Shown piece by piece: positions 28,675 through 38,134 of a stretch of DNA of 64,000 nucleotides. Position numbers and translations under genes: made by a program. The notes below the pieces were generated by a model. The model was not told the DNA's origin. It worked only from the letters and a program-made list of their open reading frames with translations, and did no database searches. This DNA is from an uncultured Alphaproteobacteria bacterium (GTDB taxonomy: Bacteria > Pseudomonadota > Alphaproteobacteria > UBA6615). How positions within the stretch are numbered: the stretch's first letter is position 1; each line of letters starts with the position of its first letter. Location: the NCBI GenBank assembly GCA_943787445.1, contig CALSML010000001.1:57408-121407 (forward strand), in the 5' to 3' direction.

Positions 28675-29151
28675 AATGTCCTCTCTGAATTATCTACCTA
28701 CGGATAACTATCTACACCTAACTCGTGAACGAAAGAGAACCTAATTTTTAACAAAGGCACTCCGTTTGAGGCTGAACGTAACGCTACAGCATCCTCAGGT
28801 CGTATGGTCGAGAAGCTGATCGACTCGTACCCAATGTCGGTCGCCTCAGGCAGCCTCGCTGTGCCTCACAATGCACTGGCAACTCTGGAGCGTCTGCAAA
28901 ATCTTGAACCTGCAAGACGGTTTGAGGTTCGTAACCCTGATCCTGATGAGATAGACCGACAGATCGCTCACTACCTTGATGTCATTGGGACTGGCCAAAA
29001 CAAAAGGCCCCCGGACAGGATGCATTTCAGTGAGCCTTAGATTGTGACCAATTCCGAACGTCACACCAAAAGTCTGTTACAGACTTATAAATATTTTGAT
29101 TTGGTTATTTTATGGAACTCCATTGGGCAGGTTCCATATTGCAACTCAGCA

Positions 29152-29415
29152 TCAAGTGTTCTTGACCACCTTAATCCCCTTTCCTCCCCGACCACGAGAC
29201 TTATAAATCGTATAGCCCTTTGCGCCTAAGTTGAGTGATTCAACGCCTTCGGCCGAAGAGAGTATACTTGCAATTTTCTCTGCAACTTTATCCGACTTTT
29301 CTAACTTAGAATTGGCCTTCCGCCATTCATCAAATGCCTTTTGTCCTAATTCGTCGCCTATTGATTTCTTCAAAGCGTTTAATTTGCGAATTTCGCCTTT
29401 GGTCAAATCTGACAT
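29152..29415 (-). CDS. Small Lys-rich hypothetical protein
   Basis: 87 aa with a GAAGG RBS; C-terminal GYTIYKSRGRGG. Confidence 0.7.
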   Translation of the reverse strand: MSDLTKGEIRKLNALKKSIGDELGQKAFDEWRKANSKLEKSDKVAEKIASILSSAEGVESLNLGAKGYTIYKSRGRGGKGIKVVKNT

Positions 29416-29576
29416 ATCTACCTTCTAGTTGAATTTAAAAAATAAGATTATAGGACTTTTTTTGATGAGATTCAAAATAAAAATTTTGACCAACAAAGAT
29501 GTTAGTCCCATTTTGTTGGATTACTAATCATGTTTAGTTTTTTCATCAGGTATCAAACACGGGAGTCCAAAATAAT

Positions 29577-29978
29577 ATGGTTAATTCACTGACAGGAGCA
29601 CTCGCTGAGGGCGATCTAAGCCTCATAACTCTTAAGGCGCTGCTGGATAATAGCTTCGATTCAATCCTAATCACGGATTCAACCAAGGCTGGAAAAATTC
29701 TTTATACCAATAACGGTTTTAAGGTTTTGACCGGTTACTAAACAAAAGAAGTGATTGGGAAAAACTCCCGTATTTTGCAAGGCACGGCCACCGACAAAAA
29801 GGTACTGGAGCGTCTCCGCAAGGCCCTCACGGATGGAAAGCCGTTCGAAGGCCGAGCGATAAACTACAAGAAGAACGGAACTCCCTTCATCATGCATTGG
29901 CGCGTTGTCCCGGTTAAAGTCGGTCGCAATACAAAGGTATGGTTGGCGATCTAGCGAGAAGGTTCGGCAGTCAAGTAG
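29577..29978 (+). pseudogene. Stand-alone PAS (LOV-like, Cys-less) domain gene with two nonsense codons
   Basis: DSILITD..F..LTGY*TKEVIGKNSRILQG..NYKKNGTPF..LAI*RE, with TAA at 29739-29741 and TAG at 29952-29954. Confidence 0.85.
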
Positions 29979-30026
29979 TCTTGGCGTCGCCGGTTCAAAA
30001 ATGACCTTCAAAAGTTTGTCATTAAG

Positions 30027-31012
30027 CTAACCCAGCATTCGGGCAAGGTCTTCCGGTCTCAGCTGGACGTACCGCTGAAGCATCCTGAGGTCCTTGTGGC
30101 CGGTTATCGCTGCCACCTCCATCACGCCTAGCCCTTTCTCGAAGAACCGGTTGTTGCCTCATGTCTGAGGTCATGGAACCGAAGACCTGTTATGTCGGCT
30201 CTTCTGGTTGCCCGGCGCCATAGTCCCTTCAGGGCCTCAGGATGGACTGGGATCACCCCACCAGAGATAGACCTTGGTAAGGCCTCGATGGTTTGTCGTG
30301 CCACTGGAGACAGCGGGACATCTCGGCTTGTTCCATTCTTGGTCAGTGCGAGATGGACATAGTTCTGGTCGAGGTGGAGATCATCCCAATCCAGACCGAG
30401 TAACTCACCACGTCGCATGGCTGTCTCAATGGCTAGGGTGACCAGAGGGGCGAGGTAGGGATTGTCTGATGCCTGACATGCCATCATCAATCGTTGCCCC
30501 TCATCACCCTCCAGCCTTCGAGTTCTCCCCTTGGGCTGTGTCGGCTTTCGGAGGTTGGCTGCGGGATTGCCGGGAAGATTGAACCCCCACTCGGACATCG
30601 CAATACGGATAGCGTGGCTGATGATCGAAAGATCACGATTACAAGCAGATGCACCGACTTCGCTCAGTCTTTCGTCTCTATACCGAGCTAGGTGGCCGGA
30701 GTTTAGTTTGGAGAGCCAAATATTCCCAAGCCATAATTTTTGTAGTCTCGCGACAACATAAGATTCTTTATCATAACCCCTCTTCAGAGGCGAAATCTCT
30801 CGTCCATAACGGTCCAGTATATCCCTGACCATACAGTCATTGGTGATTAGGTGACCAAGGTCGATTTGTCGTTCTGTCTCAATCGCCCATTTTTGCGCAT
30901 CTAAATGTAAGTCGAACGTTTTTGTTTGGCTTGGTATTCCAAGACGCCTTATTCGAACTGTGTACCGGCCTTTTCGTTTCATTATTGCTGGCAATTCCAA
31001 CTCCGTTGTCAC
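30027..31012 (-). pseudogene. Tyrosine recombinase/integrase, frameshifted near 30150
   Basis: ETAMRRGEL, TKNG and FHDLRHEA motifs. The C-terminal RFFEKG..ITGHKDLRMLQRY, which carries the catalytic Tyr, lies in a shifted frame ending at TAG 30029-30027. Confidence 0.9.
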
Positions 31013-31132
31013 AGGAGTGGTACAAGCAAATACCCCTATACATTTTCCATCTGTCGGCGAACGGGGGTCGCCGGGAAAAATGCTTAGAAATCAAAACTTA
31101 ATGGCTGAGAAAGTGCATTTGGTCTGCGTGAC

Positions 31133-31159
31133 TCGAACCTGCGACCCCCGCATTACGAA
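31133..31159. repeat. 27-bp direct repeat, copy 2 (att-like tRNA-Thr fragment)
   Basis: Identical to 26636-26662 and flanked by tggt and tgctcta remnants of the tRNA. Confidence 0.9.
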
Positions 31160-31259
31160 GACAGTGCTCTAAAAAAAGAAGCACTAGGAAGCCTATGCTG
31201 TTTTTCACATAACCTACTGAACAATCGAGAGAATCATATCCTGTCCGTCGTCATATAAA

Positions 31260-31706
31260 TTGAAACAATCTGCGGCCTGGCAGATGGTCGCCCGGCCGGA
31301 TCACTGTTTGTCCCCAGCATTCCGAAAAGGGCTGGAGGAACTGGAGGCCAGAGGTCTGCATTTCGAACTGCAGGGATTTGCCAATCAGTTCGAGGATTTT
31401 GCCACACTTGTCTCGGGGCATCCGGGGTTGAAATTCTGCCTCGTGCATGCCGGACTGCTCACTGGCGACGGCCCCGCCACATATGATGTCTGGTACCGGG
31501 CGCTCGAGCCGCTGGCCGCGCTGGACAATCTCTGGGTCAAATGTTCCGGCGCCAACAATGTGCACTGGGGCGCGCCCCGTCCGGTCGAGGCCGTCGCGCG
31601 ACAGTACAATGCCCTGATCGATCTGTTCGGGGTCGCGCGGTCAGCAGCGGACCAGCAGGCCTTTTTTCATGATGCTGCAGCGGCGTTTTATCGACTCGAT
31701 GAATAA
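31260..31706 (+). pseudogene. Amidohydrolase_2 family fragment (N-terminus missing, internal deletion)
   Basis: GLHFELQ, LVHAGL and NLWVKCSG motifs. LFG joins directly to the terminal FHDAAAAFYRL without the MFGSxxP segment. Confidence 0.75.
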
Positions 31707-31715
31707 CCAAGACGT

Positions 31716-32484
31716 CTAATTTAGCAGTGTTTTCTTTAGCCAGGGGCCGACGAGATCAATGATGGCGTCCTCGCGCCCTTTGTAGAAATGGTCACAATTC
31801 TCGACGACCACCACATCGCAGGGACCGTTGCTGCCAGCTGCAAAGTCTTCGGCCGGGTAGGATTCGCGGCTCTCTTCGTCACCACGAATATAAAGCGTCG
31901 GGCAACTAATTTCGGGCGCGGTATCAACGGTACTGGGCATTGTCGTCAGCCGATCATAGTAGGATTCCGCTGATGCGACATACCACCGGCCGGGCAGAAG
32001 CATCAGCTCTGACCCGCGGCCCTCTGCAATCATCGCTTCAGCCTGGGCGCGGAGTTCGGGTGTGCGCCCGCCGCCGAGAAGTCCGGTTTTCATTGCAAGG
32101 GTTTGCGCTGTGGAACTTCCGGCATGCGCGGAGAGCAGAACCAGTGCCGGAGTTTCGGGATGTTTTGCCACGTGCTGGACACTCAGGAATCCGCCATTGC
32201 TGTGACCGATGACGACAGGCGCGTCATACCCCTTGTCGCGCAGCCAGCTGGCTGCGTATTCGTTGTCCGCGATGGCTTCAGCGGTCGTTTGAAACGCCGC
32301 GCCCTCAGCGGCCCGGCTGTCGCGGACACTCAGGATGTCGTGACCGCGCCGGTTGAACGCCAGACAGGCGAAACCCAGGGCTGTCAGCGAGGGCGGCCCC
32401 GACGATCGGGCCTTTATCCGGGAGATGCCAGGCCCCGTCGAGCGGCAGTGTATCGGTCTCATTGGAAATGAGTTCGGTTCGCAA
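31716..32484 (-). pseudogene. Alpha/beta hydrolase with a frameshifting deletion near 32395
   Basis: N-terminus (TTG 32484) RTELISNETDTLPLDGAW lies in one frame. AFNRRGHD, GHSNGG and CDHFYKG lie in another, and the oxyanion HG motif is missing at the junction. Confidence 0.75.
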
Positions 32485-32588
32485 GAGAAGTGCTCCTGAA
32501 TGAAAGTGTGGACTGGTCCAGCTGCCAGACAATTCGTACTCTAGTGAATTCAGTGTTCGCGATATATGAACAGCAATGCGGGGGTGCC

Positions 32589-33356
32589 ATGCACGAACAG
32601 ACTATCTCGGTCGAGACAACCGACGGCATCATGAAGACATTTCTGGTCCATTCCGAGGAGGGTGGCCCCTTTGCGCCGGTCGTGCTGTTCATGGATGTCT
32701 GGGGCATTCGCGAGCAGTTGTTCGATATCGCCCGGCATATTGCTTCCGTGGGCTACGCGGTTGCCGTACCGAATCTCTACTACCGGAAGGGCGAGGTCTT
32801 TTTCGATTATCGTCAGCCCGATGGACGGACCACGTCCCTGAAAGACCTGCCCGAGGATGAGCAGCAGAAAATTCAGGAGTTCCGGTTGCATCTGAGTGAT
32901 GCCATGGCGGTGGCTGATACCGGCGCGTTGATGGCGCGTCTGGGCACGGAGGATGCGATCCGTCCCGGGCCGGTGGGGTCCATCGGCTACTGCATGGGCG
33001 GGCGGCATGTGCTGCGTGTTGCTGCGGCCTATCCGGAGTTGTTTCAGGCCAGCGCAAGTTTGCACCCCACCCGTCTGGTGGTTGAAGGTTCCGATTCACC
33101 GCATCGGGATGCGGGTGAAATTCGCGGCGAATACTACAGCGGGTTTGGCAGTGAGGATCACTACACGCCGCCCGAGGTCATCGCGGGGGTCCGGGCCGCC
33201 TTCAACGGTCAACCTGCAACCTATTCCGATACGCTCCACGAAGGCGTGCCCCATGGCTACGCAATCCCCGACCGGGATGTCTATGCCAAGCACGCAGCCT
33301 TTCGGGACTGGGAACTGATCTTCGCGATGTATGACCGGGTGCTGCGCGGACGTTAG
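32589..33356 (+). CDS. Dienelactone hydrolase family protein
   Basis: MDVWGIR, GYCMGG nucleophile motif and HGY. Confidence 0.92.
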   Translation: MHEQTISVETTDGIMKTFLVHSEEGGPFAPVVLFMDVWGIREQLFDIARHIASVGYAVAVPNLYYRKGEVFFDYRQPDGRTTSLKDLPEDEQQKIQEFRLHLSDAMAVADTGALMARLGTEDAIRPGPVGSIGYCMGGRHVLRVAAAYPELFQASASLHPTRLVVEGSDSPHRDAGEIRGEYYSGFGSEDHYTPPEVIAGVRAAFNGQPATYSDTLHEGVPHGYAIPDRDVYAKHAAFRDWELIFAMYDRVLRGR

Positions 33357-33360
33357 ACGT

Positions 33361-33903
33361 TTATCCTTGGTTCAGGGCTGCGACCTTGTCCTGCATGGGT
33401 TTGCCCATGAAGTCGATCTTGCCGATCTGGACGCCTTCGGCGCGGAGTAGATCATAGGCCGTCGTGACATGGAAAAAGACCTGGGGGTTGGCGAAGTGAA
33501 CCAGATGCTCCAGAGCGCCAAAGGTGAGTTCTTCCAGGCGCGTCTTGACCTGTACCTCCCGGTCCGGATCTCCCTCCATCGCGTCGGCGGAGATGCCGGC
33601 GAAAAACGCGATGGTATCAGCAATGCGTGTCTGCGCGCTGGCGATGTCCGCATCCGGTTCCATGTTGATTTCCGGCGGCGCGACGTTGGCAAGGCGGGCA
33701 ACCGCGAGCGTGGCATGAAGGCAGGCCTGGCGGATTTGCTCGGCCAGATTCAGCATGTCCGGCGCAAACCGGCGGCCCATGAGTTCACCTTCGTCGAGGC
33801 CGGATGCCCCGGCAAATTCCGCTGCGCGGCCAAGCACAACATCAAGGCTGGTCAGCATCTGCTGGTAGGCGGGGACGGAAATGGCATACATCGAAATGGA
33901 CAT
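33361..33903 (-). CDS. DUF1993 family protein
   Basis: RFAPDMLNLAEQI and PQVFFHVTTAYDLLRAEGVQIGKIDFMG motifs. Confidence 0.92.
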   Translation of the reverse strand: MSISMYAISVPAYQQMLTSLDVVLGRAAEFAGASGLDEGELMGRRFAPDMLNLAEQIRQACLHATLAVARLANVAPPEINMEPDADIASAQTRIADTIAFFAGISADAMEGDPDREVQVKTRLEELTFGALEHLVHFANPQVFFHVTTAYDLLRAEGVQIGKIDFMGKPMQDKVAALNQG

Positions 33904-33928
33904 GTTCTGTGTTCCCGAAATTCTGGGG

Positions 33929-34852
33929 TTAGTCGAAACTGAAACCAATGGTCCGACAGCGGAAATAGAGGCCACCATCCTGCACCACGAGGCTGAGCAT
34001 CATTTCGTCCCCCTCGTTGTGATGTTCGTGGCGTTCGGCCGGCGGTGTGATCATCAGCGCGTATTGCTGCCAGTCGAGACGATTTCCCTCGATCACGGAA
34101 TACACGCCCTGAGACTGGATAGGCAGAGTCAGAGCAACCGAATTGTGCCGGTGGGGGCGCTGGACATTTCCCGGGCCCAGCGCGTTCATGGCCAGTTTGA
34201 TGGTGGGATGGGCGGCATCAGCTTGGCCATCTTTCTCGCTGGTCAGATGCAGGGCCATTCCCGAGGCATTCGGGTCCGCCTTCTGGGCTTCGCGCACCGC
34301 TTTCATCTGCGCAAGAATATTTGCCAGAGGGTAGCGCACCGCCTGAGTCGGAGCGTCTTCCGGAGCCGGTGTGGCCAGACCATGAAAGGCGAGTTCGGGC
34401 TCGTTGGTGGTCTGGAACAGGACAGTATCATCCGCGCCGGCGGTCAGGATGGTCTCTCCGCCACCGGGCAGCGAGAATACATCACCGGCCTGCCACGGGA
34501 AGCTCTCTGCACCCTTGGTGGCCTGTCCGGCACCCTGGATCACATAGTAGAACTCGCCGCTGGCCGGGAATGAGCCGGTCAGGGATTCGCCCGCGCGAAT
34601 GCGTGCGTAACGCGCCAACATGAGGGGTGTCGTGGCTGGCGTGGTAAGGCCGATCTGTGCGCTGATATCCAGGGTGATCCAGTCGGTTGTGTTGGTGGGT
34701 GCCATGGCCTGATCGCGTTCATCGGCAAAGATGTGTTGCGGGATCGCCGGGCGTTCCACCTTGAAGATATTGGCAGGGCTGTAATAGCGCGCACGGCCGA
34801 CAGGTGTGTCGGCTTGTGCCAGTGTGTTGGCCTGTGGTGTTGATCCGTCCAT
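33929..34852 (-). CDS. Bicupin protein, gentisate 1,2-dioxygenase-like
   Basis: Second cupin has QRPHRHNS..TPPAERHEHHN; first cupin has YYVIQGAG..WQAGDVF. Confidence 0.8.
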   Translation of the reverse strand: MDGSTPQANTLAQADTPVGRARYYSPANIFKVERPAIPQHIFADERDQAMAPTNTTDWITLDISAQIGLTTPATTPLMLARYARIRAGESLTGSFPASGEFYYVIQGAGQATKGAESFPWQAGDVFSLPGGGETILTAGADDTVLFQTTNEPELAFHGLATPAPEDAPTQAVRYPLANILAQMKAVREAQKADPNASGMALHLTSEKDGQADAAHPTIKLAMNALGPGNVQRPHRHNSVALTLPIQSQGVYSVIEGNRLDWQQYALMITPPAERHEHHNEGDEMMLSLVVQDGGLYFRCRTIGFSFD

Positions 34853-34959
34853 GGCTGATCCTCCCCGATGACAGGCGAAGTCTAGTCCAACCCGGGGCCT
34901 ACACCAATGGACTTGACCCGCTGGTGTCAGCCCCGTTCACTGGGATTGAGGAATTTTTC

Positions 34960-36135
34960 ATGACCGAAGCTGCCGTAATCTCATCTGATCTGAAGTCTCG
35001 TGCCGAAGCCATGGTGCCGCACCTGATGGCCCGTGCCACGGAAACCGAAGCTCTGCGTCGGATTCCCGATGAGACCATTGCCGAACTCAAGACGGCCGGT
35101 CTGCACCGCATCTGTCAGCCGGCCCGGCTCGGCGGGTTCGAAACGCCCCTTGATGAGGCCTGCGATATTGTTGCAACCCTCTCCGGGGGCTGTTCTTCGA
35201 CCGGCTGGGTCACCGGGGTCTACACCGATCATCAGATTCTGGTTGGCATGTTCGATTCGAAGGCCGCTGATGATGTCTGGGGTGACGATCCTGACAATCT
35301 GGTGTCCGCCGGGTTCACACCATCCGGCAAGGCCGAACCGGTCGAAGGGGGCTGGCAGGTGACCGGCCGCTGGGGTTGGTCGAGCGGCTGCGATCATGCG
35401 GGCTGGCTGATTGTGGTGACACTCCTGCCAAGCGGACCGGAGGGTGAGGCGGAACCGAATTATTGTCTGGTGCCCCGTTCGGACGTGACGATCACCGATA
35501 ACTGGCAGGTGATGGGTCTGGCCGGAACCGGCAGCAAGACCATTTCGGTCGAGAATGCCTTTGTGCCAGCTTATCGAACATTGCCGGGACGCCTTGCTGC
35601 GGCGGGCGGGGCGCAGCGCGGCCAGGCTGATGCACCGGCGTTGTACCGTCTGCCCCATCCACCCTGCGTGCCGTTCCTGTTGGTCACCCCGTCACTGGGA
35701 ATTGCCGAAAGCCTGCTGGCACTGCTGACCGAGGAAATGTCGACCCGCGCCTCACGGGGTGTTCCGATTGCGGAGTATCAGAGCCTGCAATTGCATATTG
35801 CGGAATCCGCCGCTGAAATCGACAGCGCCCGCCTGTTGCTGATGCGTGATACGGGAGAAGCCATGGCGGCGATGGAAGCCGGGTTCGAGATCACGCTCAC
35901 GGAGCGGTCACGCAACCGCCGCGATCATGCCTATGTGGTTCGCCTCTGCCGGCAGGCAGTCGATCGCCTGTTCACGGCTGTGGGCGGACAAGGTGTGTTT
36001 CTCGACAATGTGGCCCAGCGAAAGTTTCGAGATATACATGCCATGAGCGGGCATCTTGCCCTCAACTGGGATATTGCGGGAACAACCTATGGGCGCGTTG
36101 CCCTGGGTCTCGAGCCTGCGGCAAGGCTGATCTGA
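34960..36135 (+). CDS. Acyl-CoA dehydrogenase-fold flavin-dependent hydroxylase, oxygenase component (HsaA/C2-HpaH-like)
   Basis: RRIPDE, CSSTGW, GRWGWSSGCDHAGW, DNWQVMGLAGTGS and QRKFRDIHAMSGH motifs. Confidence 0.9.
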   Translation: MTEAAVISSDLKSRAEAMVPHLMARATETEALRRIPDETIAELKTAGLHRICQPARLGGFETPLDEACDIVATLSGGCSSTGWVTGVYTDHQILVGMFDSKAADDVWGDDPDNLVSAGFTPSGKAEPVEGGWQVTGRWGWSSGCDHAGWLIVVTLLPSGPEGEAEPNYCLVPRSDVTITDNWQVMGLAGTGSKTISVENAFVPAYRTLPGRLAAAGGAQRGQADAPALYRLPHPPCVPFLLVTPSLGIAESLLALLTEEMSTRASRGVPIAEYQSLQLHIAESAAEIDSARLLLMRDTGEAMAAMEAGFEITLTERSRNRRDHAYVVRLCRQAVDRLFTAVGGQGVFLDNVAQRKFRDIHAMSGHLALNWDIAGTTYGRVALGLEPAARLI

Positions 36136-36139
36136 ATTC

Positions 36140-36523
36140 ATGTTCTATGAGAATCACTCCACGCTGGAGATGGTTGGCCAGCTGATGGTCGCGACCCTGT
36201 TCGTCGGCATGCTGGCGATCAATGCAACCACCAAGGTCAAGCAGCACGCGGACCGTATGGCCGTGATGGGCATTCCGATGCCAATGGTCACTTTGTGGGC
36301 CGGGTTTGCGCTACAGGCGGTAGGGGGCGTCATGGTGATGCTCGACTGGCATACCCATATCGGCGCCATCATTCTGATCGTGTTCACCGTGCTGGCGAGC
36401 GCGATCTTTCATCGCTTCTGGACCATGGATGACCCGCTGCGGCGTCACATGCACCTGTCGATCCTGTTTTCGAATGTCGCCGTGGTGGGTGCGCTGCTGT
36501 TGCTGATGCAGTTTCCGCGTTAG
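36140..36523 (+). CDS. DoxX family membrane protein
   Basis: FTVLASAIFHRFW..NVAVVGALLLL motif. Confidence 0.85.
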   Translation: MFYENHSTLEMVGQLMVATLFVGMLAINATTKVKQHADRMAVMGIPMPMVTLWAGFALQAVGGVMVMLDWHTHIGAIILIVFTVLASAIFHRFWTMDDPLRRHMHLSILFSNVAVVGALLLLMQFPR

Positions 36524-37446
36524 CGGTTTTTCGCCGCTTCCAGATATCGGGTGTCGATATAATGCTCGGGACCGTGCAGATCGTCCGGTGCCGGGCCGAA
36601 CTCGGCACGCAGGTCGAGCACCTTGGCAATGCCCGGCATATCGAAACAGCCATCGCGCTGAAACCCGGTCTCGGCATCCAGAAACACGTTGCAGGCTGCA
36701 TCGGCCACGTCGCGCGACATCTGGGGCATATTGGCGGTGATCAGGTCGAGGGATTCAGAACGATTCCCGGCGTCGCAGCACCAGTTCACAGCTTCCAGAT
36801 AGGCGGCGATGAAGCCGGCGAGGGTTTCGGCGTTCTCTTCGGCCCAGGCAATGCGGGCGCCGCCCACAAGGCCCTGATAACTGTCGAGCACATCTGAGGC
36901 CCGGGCCAGAATATGGTGGCCTTTGGATGCGCCCAGCACCTCGAAGGGAGTGACCTGAAGGGTGCCCTTCTGTTCCGGGTGCTCCATCATTTCCTGCCAG
37001 CGTTGCAACACGCCGCCGGTGGACATCCACTCGATTTCGTCTTCGCGGATTCCGTTGAGAGCGAGCATGCGGCGCAGCACGAAGGCGAAACCGGTGGTCA
37101 TGGCATCGACGGTCAAAATCTTTCCGCGCAGATCCTCGAAGCTCTGAATATCGGGTTGCACCACGAGGCGCAGGAACGCATCGTCGGACCCCATGAAGGC
37201 AAAGAAATCCGTGTCACCTTCGGCGCAGACTTCGCCCTGTTTTTCCCGATAAGCGACAATGTTGTCGATGGCGGTCATGGCGATGTCGAACTTTCCGGCG
37301 GCCAGTCCGGTCAGCTGTTCGACCGAATTGGGGGTCATCACAAGCTCGGTTTCGATCCCTCGCCGGGCGAACATGCCGTGGGCGGCACCGGCCCAGAGCG
37401 GCAGGTTGATGGCGCCCGGAAATACGTTGATAATCAGCTTCTGCAT
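36520..37446 (-). CDS. NMT1/THI5/SsuA-type solute-binding-fold protein with no signal peptide
   Basis: GMFARRGIETEL, LAAGKFDIA and IQSFEDLRGK..VDAMTTG motifs; the protein starts directly with a beta-strand. Confidence 0.85.
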   Translation of the reverse strand: MQKLIINVFPGAINLPLWAGAAHGMFARRGIETELVMTPNSVEQLTGLAAGKFDIAMTAIDNIVAYREKQGEVCAEGDTDFFAFMGSDDAFLRLVVQPDIQSFEDLRGKILTVDAMTTGFAFVLRRMLALNGIREDEIEWMSTGGVLQRWQEMMEHPEQKGTLQVTPFEVLGASKGHHILARASDVLDSYQGLVGGARIAWAEENAETLAGFIAAYLEAVNWCCDAGNRSESLDLITANMPQMSRDVADAACNVFLDAETGFQRDGCFDMPGIAKVLDLRAEFGPAPDDLHGPEHYIDTRYLEAAKNR

Positions 37447-37534
37447 GGAATGATTCCCCCTCGGTTCCGAAATATCGGTATGCCGTCATATTCGGATTTG
37501 CGCTTCGGTCTGAAAAGCGTTTTGTTGTTGAACT

Positions 37535-38131
37535 ATGGCTGAGGACGTGACGATTTTCTATGACGGCAGCAACACGATTGACGTGCGCCCGGGGCGTGCG
37601 CTGCGGCTGACCGGCGAGGCCTATCCACTGTTTCGACCGCCTGATCCGGCCAGCGTTGCCGATCCGGCCGACTGTCTGGAATTTCTCAAGAATCTGCATC
37701 TGAGTCTGTGCCCGGTCTTCGATATTCGGCTGCGTCGGTGGATGGGGCGCTACTTCGATTCAGTGGCGGAACTGGCGGATCAACAGGCCACAGAGCTGGC
37801 CCCAGTTGCCGGTCTTGATCCGGCGACCTCCCATCGTGCGTGGTGCTACGCGGCCTATCGGCCACTTTCGAATACAGTGTTTACCTGTGATGGTCAGCGG
37901 CACGCGGAACCGGTCCTGCTGTGGCTGGCTGACGGGCCGCTGGCGATCCGGTTTATACCGAGTGGTGCACCGGAAACCCTGCGGACGGTTGTTCTGGGAG
38001 ACGCGGAACTCGCAGCACCGGCAGCGACGTTCCTGGCCGCGCTCGGCGGCGACATCGACCGTTACTGGTCCGATGTCGCCGCTCCACGGCATCCGTTTGT
38101 GCGCAGCGCCCTGTCGGGGCTACGCGCTTAG
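37535..38131 (+). CDS. Hypothetical protein
   Basis: 198 aa ORF that fills the gap between two minus-strand genes; no motif recognised. Confidence 0.65.
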   Translation: MAEDVTIFYDGSNTIDVRPGRALRLTGEAYPLFRPPDPASVADPADCLEFLKNLHLSLCPVFDIRLRRWMGRYFDSVAELADQQATELAPVAGLDPATSHRAWCYAAYRPLSNTVFTCDGQRHAEPVLLWLADGPLAIRFIPSGAPETLRTVVLGDAELAAPAATFLAALGGDIDRYWSDVAAPRHPFVRSALSGLRA

Positions 38132-38134
38132 GCG

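Larger units (their letters stand above)
26760..31265. mobile_element. Decayed AT-rich integrative element/prophage remnant beside tRNA-Thr
   Basis: Visible GC drop, tyrosine integrase pseudogene, tRNA-derived repeat and small cargo genes. Boundaries are approximate. Confidence 0.8.

Noticed and set aside
28741..29040. ORF 28804-29040 as a gene
   Set aside because: It has no clear RBS and no motif, and the frame is open upstream of the ATG. It is probably a fragment of a decayed element gene.
6330..29954. Stop-codon reassignment or pyrrolysine/selenocysteine readthrough to explain the in-frame stops
   Set aside because: The internal stops are of all three types (TAG, TGA, TAA), intact genes end normally at all three, and no pyl or sel genes are seen. 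Pseudogenisation is the simpler explanation.
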